A DNA stretch of 64,000 bases from Podarcis filfolensis (Eukaryota), in the NCBI GenBank assembly GCA_964270895.1, contig OZ185437.1; one strand, 5' to 3'. Below, piece after piece: positions 12,301 through 23,900 of this stretch; position 1 is the first letter of the stretch, and each line of letters starts with the position of its first letter. The translations under genes and the position numbers were made by a program. The notes below the pieces were generated by a model. That model was given only the letters and a program-made list of their open reading frames with translations, was not told the DNA's origin and did no database searches.

Positions 12301-14865
12301 CAAACAAGAAAAATACAAATCCCAAATATGTGCATAGACACATATACACACTTTCCAGTGAAATTGGTGAGGGTGTACCTTCTGAAATTTTGGGAACAGT
12401 TCTGCTGCTGTGCAGAAGCTTTTCACATCCCTCCTAATAAACGAACCTGGTGTTGAACCTCCAGAATGCTAAGAATGTGGGGGCTGCATCCAATGGTGTC
12501 ACTCAGCTGACTGAAGCTTCCATCAGTGGAATGGAGAGGGAAGCGTTCTTTGGCAACCGCCTCCCCGCCCCCAGACCCTCTAAATCTGTTCCAGAGGTTT
12601 GGGGATCCTTCAGAGCAGATTTAGTGGAAGGGGCCCTGCAATGTAAAAGGGAAAATGGCTTTCCTCTTTGTTCCACTGATTGAACCCTTTGTCTACTGAA
12701 TGACATCATTGGATACAAGCCTGCCAAGACAGAGCATTATTAGGACCCATGCTGAGTCCTGCTCACTCTCTGGGAAACAATGGTCTAACCAGGTGGTTGA
12801 TTCTAGGTCCCGTCAAGGGATATCTCAAAAGAGGGTGAAAACTATAAGTAAGTGAAGAGCTTCATATATGTATGACACTGGAGATAGTCTCAGTGTAGTC
12901 CTAAATGGAATCTGGAGGTTTGCATTATTAAATTCACTTTTTCTATCATGGATTTCTCATATTTGCTAGGAAAAAAGCTCTATGATATTGGAAATTGTGA
13001 ATGTTCCATACTGGATAAAGGGCAGTATGTAAATCTATATAACAAACAAACAAACAGTTATCTAACTAAGCAACACTGGGCCAATAAAAAAACACCACAC
13101 TGCCTACTGTTGTGTTTTGATGAATAAGTTGCCAAACACATAATATGGGTCTGATATAGGATGACTAGCTTTGTCCTTCACAGTCAACAGTATTATGTTA
13201 ACTCAGGTACGTAATGACAAGTAAATATGAAACAACATTATTGTGGCACTGAAATTCCCTCCAACTAGAACAGCTGCTATCATAAATGAGTATGTGGTCT
13301 TTTCTCTTCCACTTATTCATATAAATATCTTCAGCAGTAGTCCAAAGTCAACTACCTTTATTTTCTTCCGATGCTTTATTTTTGGCACATTTTTGTCAGC
13401 TGGTCTCACTATCTTGTCTGCTTTGATCCATTCATCATACCTACAAGGAAATAAAATACATAATGTTACATTTTGGGAGATATTCAAAGCATGGTCTTCA
13501 GCAGGGGTAACCAATATGGTGCTTCCAGATCTTGTTGGACACCAACTCCCATCAATCCCAGCCAACATGGCAGATGGTCAGAGATGATGGGAATCGGAGT
13601 CCAATAGTACCTGGAGGGTCCAGATTAGTTTCCCCAAGTCTACAGGAACAAGAAGTAGAAATACAGATAATAACTTTTTAAGCACATAAGAAGAGCCCTG
13701 CTGGATCAGACCAAAGTCCCATCTAGTCCAGTATTCTGTTCTCACAGTAGTAGGTCAAAGCACATGGGAAGCCTGCAGGCAGGACACGAGAGCAACAGCA
13801 CTCTCTGCAGTTGTACTTCCTAGGAATGGGTGTTCAGAGGCATACCAGCACCATTACTGGAGGCAGCACGTACTTGGTTATCTCCAGTAATCACTCTGAA
13901 ATAACTCAGAAACTTTTCATGGCAATTAAATGTAGCTTATGCTTTGACTAACTCTTACAAAATGAAAAATAAAATATTCAAAGCAAGAAGAACCATAAAT
14001 ACATTACTTTAACTTACTGACAGCATATCATACAGAATTCTGGCAGTCATATTCATCCAACTCAGGAGACAGAATGAAAGTGGCTTAACATTTAAAATTC
14101 AGCAGAAAGAGTATGAATGAGTCGCCACCTTGTTAGCACTAGCACTGTTGAACACATAGTTAACAGCTGTTTCAAGCTGAAGGCCAAATTTCCCTACTTC
14201 AAAGAAGTGTCTAAACAGAAATTGTATGAGTCAGGCTATGAATCAATGCTATTTTCTTCCACAAAAGACGACTGCAGGGTCTACATTTGATTGACAGAAC
14301 TGAAACTCCTAGCTGTCTCTTTCCTTCCACTAACTCCAATCGCCAAATAACAAACCTTCACCTATTGCTGGCACCTCCTAAAAATAACTATCTACTCACC
14401 TAAGCATTCTGACTCTCTTAATGCACAAATGTATGTAGACCCTCCACCCATTCTGTCTCAGGTCCTGTAGCAATTTAATTCTGATTATGCAAAACTGACA
14501 ATTCCTTGATTTGCTTAAATTCACATGGGATCCCTAGCCTAAATCATCTGTGTAAATATTGAAGTACAGTAAACATATGTAGTCTGTCCAAGGGTTATAG
14601 AATTACAAACCAACAGTGAAGGGTCTACAATTATGATGTGAGGCATACATGATATATTATTAGTTGAAATAGTTGAAAGACAGATGTGAAAGGCATCTCA
14701 ATTTGCTATTGCTTTTTTTGAGTTGGAGCGTGGAGGAAGGATACAGAGAACCACAAAGGTACGTTTTTATTATTAAATTGCTTTGAAGAACAAGAGGCCA
14801 CAAAAGCAATGACAAAACAACTTATTAGGCGCACACACCCTAAATATAACCACCAAAGATCACTC

Positions 14866-14942
<77 letters not shown>

Positions 14943-17900
14943 TTTTATATGCCTAGATTTCAGGACAAAAAGTTCTACTCTGTTTTCTACTGAGGCTGAA
15001 AAGTCCAATCTACAGATTTAGGGTTTGCATTTCTTGTAGGGAATTAGCAAGAGCCTCAGGGCACGACCTCTAGGGGAAATTTAAACTAGTGGCTTTATGT
15101 TGATGGTCTATTGAGTACAACGTTTCTAAGGGTCACACTCAAAGTTAAATATACATAATAGAAACCCTTCAGTAACTAAACAATCACATGAATTAACAGG
15201 ATTCTCTAGCCCTTATAAGTATTATCTAAATCTTTCCCTCAAAAGCTAGAGTTTGAAACTGGAATACATTCAATACAAATCACCCAAGCCACAATTAAGA
15301 CTTTATAGTCAACCGCTCACAAATCTATCATTTCTACATACTAACACCAATATCATTTCAAAACTTAACTACAGCTGCTCTTGGATCTCTTATAAATAAA
15401 AATAGTTTAAAGCCTATAAATAAAAGTTATTTCACAATGAAGCAAGTAAAGCCTGAGCTCAACTTTCAACTTCTTTCTAATGCTAGGGAGAAAAAGAGTG
15501 TTGCTTGAGTAGTGTTGTATATAAAATATACATCCTTTTCAAAGGAAATGAAATACAAAAAAATCAAAGGCTTTATACAAGTTCATTACATCAGTTTGCA
15601 AGTCATATGTTGTGTATTCACTATTTACACTTGAACATAGAAGGCAAAACTCTTATTATTTTGCAATACATGCTCAACTTGGTTTGAAGACACATGTGAG
15701 CAAGTCAACAGTTAAGGAAACTAAATACTGCAAGAAAAAGAAAAACAAAATCCTACAATTCAAAATCTTTACTAGCAGTCTCTTATTTGTCTGATAAGCA
15801 ATGACTTCATTGAACACAGCTCCATTATGAAAATAGAGAAGGTAGCATGACAAGAGTTTCCAACTATGACTCATGATGGCTGACTTTGCCAACATCAGAG
15901 AAGTCTAATATGGCATCTCTCCAACCTTCCAAGACAAAGATAACTATAAAAGCAATGCAGATCCAAATGGCAAGCAAAGATGATAAGAAGGTCTACATGA
16001 GTATTAAATGAGAAATATGGGGCCTGTTACAAAAGCCCTTGCAAAACACATATCCATAAAACAAACTTCTGAAAGAGCCTGAGGATGCAGCAATTTGAGA
16101 ACTGCACGGAGTAGAAAATTCAATTAATGGCATAAAAGAAGTCAAGAACATTTTTGGCAAAAATTAAACCCACCATTTCCCCAAAGCACTAAATTACAGC
16201 AGCAAGCCATAATAAGAGGAAGATGCTCAGACATAAAATCAGTGACACAAGTAACTATGGCAAGATGAATCTTCTTTAGAAGCGTATGGTAACAAGAAAC
16301 CAGGTCTGGCCAAGTGAAAGTCAGCTATTTACTGTCCACAAAGATGCACATAAGAATCCTAGGTGCTCAAAGAAGCTGGTCATCTGGTTTAAGTGCTGAA
16401 AATGAACGGTAAGATTCTTGCATGCATGCAATCATCCAGATAGAAATCCAGTTACTCCAAATGAAACCTCACCTCTACTTCATGGTAAAATGTATGCTTT
16501 GCTTTTTCATGCTAGACTTTGAGAAATGTGTAAAGATCTAGCTGTGTGTTGCCCAATACCACATGATGAGCAGAGCCATAAGCTATTTCTCTGTTATGTA
16601 CTACTTAAAATAATGCTGAGAAAGGAGTCCAAACAAGATTATTTTTCTTGATCTATATGCTATTCAGTTGCTGTGGCTATATCCTATAATATAAATAATT
16701 TTATACAGTACAATGATCTCCAAAGAGCAGCAATATTGAAAAAAATTCAATATTCAGTGTGTTTTAAAATACACAAGTGTATTTTAGAAGTATTTTTAAG
16801 GAAGTAATCACTAGCTAAATCTCAATTACCTCACATTCCATCCGCAGTAGTGCACCAAGTAAAGGACTTCTCCACCTTCAATATCAGAATCTTTAATACT
16901 AGCTTCATACATTTTTTGATTTTTCCCTCGTCCATACCGCACTTGGACTTTCATGCCTGGTGGATAACACTCAAATTCTTCTTCTTCCTCATTGTTGTCA
17001 TTGTTGTCATCTTCCTCTTCTTCCTCCTCCTCTTCTGCTTCTTCTTCATCTTCTTCTTCCTCCTTAATGGTGCCATTGCTTGAAAGGTTTAAAAAATGTC
17101 AGTTAATAAAAAGATTGGGAAAAATGTTCTGTGCCAAATGGCGTATATTGATTAATACTGCGGATGCATAGAGGGTGAAGAACAGCAGGCTCCATATATA
17201 TATGTAAATATATATGAAATCCCTTAAAAGATGAGAATTTTTAATTTATATTGTCAACTGACAAGAATATAGACAAGAATTTAGCAATCAGAATAGTGAC
17301 AGAAAGAAGCTTTAAAACTTACAGAAGATTTTAAAAAGATGACTTGTTTTAATGAAAAAAACGTTTACCACCATCTATGAAGATTAAAGATGCAGTCATA
17401 AGCCAAGATGCTACTGAAGCTGTCTATCCCTAGCTGAGACCTCTTCCCCCCACTTCTTGGGCCCATATTTCTATGTCTCTCCCTATAGAATGTATTTGAA
17501 TTTTTCACTTTGTGCTTCATACATAACTAGTTTTCAGAACATAGAATCCTAGAGTTCTAGAGTTGGAAGGGACCACAAAGGTCATCTAATCCAACCCCTT
17601 GCACCGCAGAAATCTTTTGCCCAATGTGGGGCTTGAACCCAGGACCCTGAGATTAAGAGTCCCATGCTCTACCAACTGAGTATACACTGAGGTCTTTTTT
17701 TTTGTTTTGGAACATAACATTAATTGGCAAAGGACTGCTTTAAAAGCACAGGTATGCTTTTGTTGCTAAGGCTTCAATTCAAAAAATTGTGCAATTAATT
17801 CCGCACACTGAAAGCAGTAGCAACCCAAGCCTCATGGTTAAATCTCTTTTGACATTGGGATGAATTTTGAAAGTAGCTTGTGAAGAAGGAGGCAGGTGTG

Positions 17901-20900
17901 TATCTATTTAAAATCTCAATGGGCACACCCACACCCTTGGGCACGTATAAAATAGCTCTTTGGATCCTGGTCATGACACAGAAAGTAGTGGTCTAAGTTA
18001 TCAAAATTAAAAACTCAAACCAATATTTATGAATTTTAAATAACAGATTTTTTTTCAGGTCCTCTCCCTAGAAGTCATGGGCAGGAGGTATGGCACATTT
18101 CCCGCTGAATTTAATCATGACTTTTGAAGAGGCAAGCATCCAAAATTGATGGCTATTTTTCACAAGCCTTGACAAAAATCCAAAGAGGGAGAAGTTGGAT
18201 GAGAGAGAACCACATGCGCAGTTGAAGCTCTCCCTAGCTGTTTTTGCCATAGCAGTTTCTGCTGCTGAAGAACCAAGCCTTTGCTGAGTATAAAAAGCAG
18301 TTTTTCTCATACCCAGCGGCAAGTGCTGTGACCAAAACAGATAGTTTAAGTTATGCATGTTTTCTCTCCTATGTTACACACATTAATTTGTCTCCAATAA
18401 TAAACTGGATTTGGCAATGTGCTTACTTCATTACGCTTAATAAGTAAGCACTTCTTGGGGAAAATTTCAAAACCATACTAAAATGTTTTTTGAACAAGTT
18501 ACAGCTAGAGAAAGAGCCTTTGCAAGAAATTTATAATCTAAACTTTAATTTTTAGTATTTCATATAGAAAAAGCCCTTTCTCATCTAAATGAATGTAATA
18601 TGGTTTCCTCTCCCAGTGTTCCAAGGATACAAATTTCATTATAATTCAGATGCTTTTCCCACATAAAAAGGGATCAATCTCCCAGAAAGAACAAGCTAAA
18701 CCTTAATTTGCCCATGTGTCTTCAACAGGAATATCAATGAAACAACTGTAGGGATTTTGAGCTCAACAAACCTGTTTTCCCCCATTTCAATTGTTGTTTG
18801 TCATACAACAGTCTTACCCCCACCCAATGCAGCATATTCAGCCACACCTTTTCAAAGAATTGGAAGGGACCCTGAGGAATGATCATCTCAAAATGTATTG
18901 ATTTTTTTTTTGCAGCACAAGGGGTGGGAGCATAAAGCCATTCTGTAATTTAAAAAGCAAACAAAAAAGCACTATTGGGTGTGCGGGGTTAGTAACTGAT
19001 TTTCAGTTTCTCATCTAAAAGGGATCTAGGAACACTTGCATAGATTTCAGCATTTCTCTCTCATCTGTCCCCTGCTTTCCAACATCAATTTTACACCATC
19101 AGTGCTTTCAATTCTTTAAAAAAACACAAATCTATTAAATATTAGGCAGCACACTAATGAATAAGTTCCTGTCAAACAGAAAATTCTATTTTTTTAATAT
19201 TATGTGCATTTTTCGTATTAAGTTATTATGAAATCTTAATTATATAAATCAGGAAAAGGCAAAACACAGCCATTGGTGCCCTTTAGTTCTCACTCTTTTG
19301 CTTTTAAAGTGAGTATCTAACCTTCAATGCAGCAAAAAAATAAATATTTAAAAGCTTGAAAAAATTATGGAAGCGTGAAAATCTCAGCAAATTAAATAAT
19401 CCTCAAATCCTCAGAGCAAGTTATAACATCTTCTGGAACCAAATACCAGGATGCATAATAAAGTTAAAGCGGAGATCATTTTTTAAAATATATGTTTAAA
19501 AGGGGTGAAGAGTGATTTGCAATCACAGATGGAAGATACAAAGATGCAACCAATGTCAAGAATATTCACGTCAGGGAACAGCAGAACTGTCAAGAATACA
19601 TGCCTCCAAGTTTTTCAATAGATTTTTAAAAATAGCTCTGTACTATGAAGACCACAGCATTCTATTCCCAGATTGAAAATCTTGCCATACAGAAAAGAAG
19701 CAAAGCACTGAATACCATGAAGCAGAAGTCCTGAGGGAAAATGTTGCCAGGATAGGCCAGTATGCCTTCAAGAAACCTTACTTTACGTATCTGCATACAG
19801 ACAGAAGCTAGATGTCTTGGATTCCAGACTTTGGTAAACCTAATATAAAAAGCATTTGCATAGCAGATGGTGATGTCTATAAGCTTTTAAATAGGATTTT
19901 AAAAACTCCAGTAAAGTGAAGATTTTGGCTAAATGGTAGTGTTGTAAAGCAGACAACTGAAAGGTCAGTTCATTAGAACGATGGATCCCAAAGTACATCA
20001 ATAAGATAACACAGTAAGATGATGATGCAAGCAGTTCCCATATGTAAGCTGCCTCAAGCAGTTCAAGTAAAAACTGCCCCAAAGAACAGGAGCTTCAACC
20101 TTCAGAAAAGGAAAGTGAAAGAAACCAGCCAGCGACAACAGAAGACTGCAACTACGTTAAAAGGTTTATAGGGAACAGACACACTTGATAATCATCAAAG
20201 TAAATACTGTTAAAAGACGAGCCTGAATATTAGTGTATAAAGGATTTACTATCACAATGCAGTAATCGTTCTGATCATATTTGAAAGAGGAAAAACATTA
20301 ATTGTATCTAGAGTCTGCTTAGGGTAAATCCCTTTTCCAAATTTCAAACTACTCTGTTACTTCTACATTAGTGGCCATTTTGCATAGTATACATCATTTA
20401 CTCTGATAATTGCTCTCTTGAGAAACATCTTTTGCAAATCTCCAGAAACACAATCTAAGGAACCGAACACTTCACTCCTATATAATCAATAATGCAATTC
20501 AACTGAAATAAGTATATCAAGCAGCTCTTTGATATGCCTAACTAACTTGAATCCCCCCCCCCCCAAATCATTGTGAGCATAGCACAGTATCCTGTGAAGT
20601 TTCCTCATTTCAAACCAAGTACACTCAACAACAGTATCTGGTAGAAATCAATGAGGCTCGATCAGCGTAAGTCATTTTCTATTGCCCCTTACAATACTCA
20701 TCGTAGTGGTCCTATAAATGTGATTGTACAAAATGATTAACCAATGATATCATCTGTGTGAACGGCACAGGCTTCTACTTGCACAATGGGATTTCCCTTT
20801 CCCCTCTTCACCCACTCAATACACCCCATGCCCCCAAAATCTGCTCTAACATTTGGGGAATGGGGGGGGGGAAGGCTGCAGAGGGGAGGGGAGGAAGGGC

Positions 20901-23900
20901 AAGTCCCATCATGGAAGATGAAGTCCATTTTGCTCTTTGCATTTTTAGGAAAAGCAAGATAATTTTTCAGAAAAGATCTGTTTTCACTATGCAGGCATCC
21001 CCACATACGTGCACGACCACGTATATGCATGTCGCCAGGAAATAAATAATTCAATTCACGTGGCTCATGAGGAGAGCCTCACCGGAGCTGGAAGAGGACG
21101 TCAATGAGGGCAGAGGGAGCCTCAAAGAGTCTGGAGGTGCAATGGGGCTTTGTTTAGGCTGCTCAGCCTCCCCCACCGCTTTTCCATGCATCCTCCAGCC
21201 TCCAACTGACCCCAGAGCTTCAATTCTAGTTGTGGATATTTTTGGATACAGTGATTTGGGGGGGGGGTCTGGATTGGAGACAGAGCTTCAGATAAGATAT
21301 TTAGAGAGTGCTCCCTATCTACACAATTTTCGCTAATGAGTGCGAGGGCCCGGAACATAACTCCCATGTAAGTGGGCAGACACTATATATTTGTTTAAGT
21401 TGCACATTTTCTGCTTGTTTTCCCTAGGTTTTATATCTCAGATGGGGACCTCAGGCCCAGCATCTGAATATAACCCTCCTCACCTCTCTATCTGGTCCTT
21501 GGGACTTGGCCCAGGGCGCACACCCTCACCAACCTTACTTCATTGCCTTGCTGGAATGTGTCCTTGAACTCATAGAATTGTATATTGTTCCCTTGCCGAG
21601 CATCAGTAAGTTCTTCTTGATGTTTGGTTGGAATCTCCTTTCTTGTAACTTCTTTTCACATGTACTTTTGGCAACCCCGGTGTCCCCCATTTTAATTTGT
21701 ACAGCTGGTTCTTCCTGCCTAAGTGCAGAACCCGACGTTTGTCCCTATTGAAATTCATTTTGTTAGTTTGGGCCCAGTTCCCCAATCTGTTAAGCTCATC
21801 GTGAATCCCGATACTGTTACTCAGCGGCATTGGCTATCCCTCCCAGTTTGGTGTCATCTGCAGATTTATGAGCACCTTCATCCAAATTACAATGGGCCCA
21901 GGACAGAACCTCGAGACATCCCACTTGTCACTTTTTTCCAGGATGACAAGGAACTGTTATCACAGTTTCACAGGCTAACCAAATAGCATTCAGAAGTTTT
22001 CGGCACTTTAAAATGTATTCCATGAAAAGTAAGAGAGAGGCAATGTCTGCATAGCTACACAAGTTCTGTCAGTCTTTTGGACTATCCTTAAAAGGTGGTA
22101 GTGGGGACAGATTGTGGCAATTTTGAATTTGCAACAATTAACCAATTTCCTGATGGAAGCACACCATAGCTAACCTCAAAGACTATGAAAGAAGCACAGC
22201 TATATTGCTTAATTTATTATCATTATCATTACACATTCCATAGATTTCAATCACTGATTCACGAAGTCGTATCTATCATTAGCTTTAGCAGATTGCCGCC
22301 GCCCCCCGTAACTTGTAAATCTGTGTCCAAGCATTACTATATCATGAGTCACAGAAGCAAAACACAAATATAGCAAAGCATAAGAAATCTGTTCTTTAGA
22401 AAAAAATATGACGCCCATCACTATTGCAACTCACAATTGTAATTGTCCCAGACAAAACACTAATAAATTTATAGACTAAAGAACCAGGGCCTGAGGAATC
22501 AGAGCTTTCAAAATGTTAGAATTTATATATTTGTGACTAGAATACAAGAGGCAAAATGTGCAAAACACAAGTACTGGATACATGTTCTACACATTATTTT
22601 AAACCCATTTGTAACAACCACATAAATTAATGTATGTTCTGGGAAGAGCAAAGACAACAGAACAACTTGTACAAAAGCCTCCTTTTGTATCCCAGTATGC
22701 TAAAATGCTCTTCATTTCAATTAAATCCAAACAGCCATGGTTCTCTTTACTACCTTATCCCACAATAGATGTTTTATATCAATGAAGCTATTTAGCTAAA
22801 AGTTGCTAACCTCAGGATTAGTGGGGGGGGGGGTTTAAAAACAAAACAAACTATACTTCCATAAGGTTTTGATGAAAGTAGAACCACGCAAAAGACTCGT
22901 GTCCGATCTATGCATTTTAACAGTATGGTCATTACAGGCCGCAGATACAATCTTTGTATGTAGTTGTACCCGAGATTCTTCAATTACATGTGTAACTTGC
23001 AAGAAATCAGATAACAGTGTTTGCAGATATGAAAGAGTGTACAAAGCTGAGGGTTGTCTTGATAAGTATTTTTATATGTGAGACTAAACAGCCCACTGCA
23101 ATCCTGACTGAAAGCCACAACAGAATTGAGGCAATGCAATGGCTAGCATGCTCCTGAACAAAAAAAGTGGCTAACAGCACAAGACTGCCTATTCTACGGC
23201 AAATCACTAGTGAAACGGAATTGCTNNNNNNNNNNNNNNNNNNNNNNNNNNNNNNNNNNNNNNNNNNNNNNNNNNNNNNNNNNNNNNNNNNNNNNNNNNN
23301 NNNNNNNNNNNNNNNNNNNNNNNNNNNNNNNNNNNNNNNNNNNNNNNNNNNNNNNNATATGTTCAGATACAGTAACTCTGATATACAAAACTTACACAGT
23401 GAAGTGCTCTAGTGAAGTGTTTCTAAGCCCCAAATCAAGATACTAACAACCAAAGTTTTAATCACATTATTAACATATACTAGATATGCAGTGATATTAT
23501 ACTTGTTTGTCAAATCAAGAAGCGTGTCTGAGATAAAGATAACTAGAAATGTATATTTTGAAAAACAATAGTATACTACACAAAAACACAACAGGGGCCA
23601 CATCAGGCCACGGCTTGTAGATCCCCAACATAGCAGAACAAAGTACTAATATTAGTAGTAGTAAACAGGAATGTGAGTGCTACTTTTTATGAGACAATAC
23701 AGTGCACAGTTACATTTGCATCTTCTGTAAAAACATGTATACAAGGAGGCACATTGTTACTTATCTAAGCCTAGAGCATGCGCAAGAAAAGGGCATGTAT
23801 ATTCCTCCCTTCATTGCTACAAACCTCTTACAAACAGCTCCACAAGAAATACTCTTCCCTCACAATGCTTCCCTTCAGGGACTTTCCTGACTAGCTCCTT

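Noticed and set aside
17619-17682. Functional tRNA-Lys(CTT) gene
   Set aside because: The 5' acceptor strand (GCCCGGC) is missing, there is CpG decay in the B box (GTTCAAG), and it is fused to a CR1 tail: a SINE.
18068-18358. 96-aa minus-strand intronic ORF (MHNLNY...) as an extra exon
   Set aside because: No similarity to ARID4 proteins and no convincing paired splice sites in a compatible phase
20102-20197. Intronic C/D box snoRNA (TGATGA...CTGA on the minus strand)
   Set aside because: Weak terminal stem, no clear C'/D' boxes and no recognisable rRNA complement. These motifs arise often by chance.
23167-23446. ORFs spanning X runs
   Set aside because: Artefacts of the N gap
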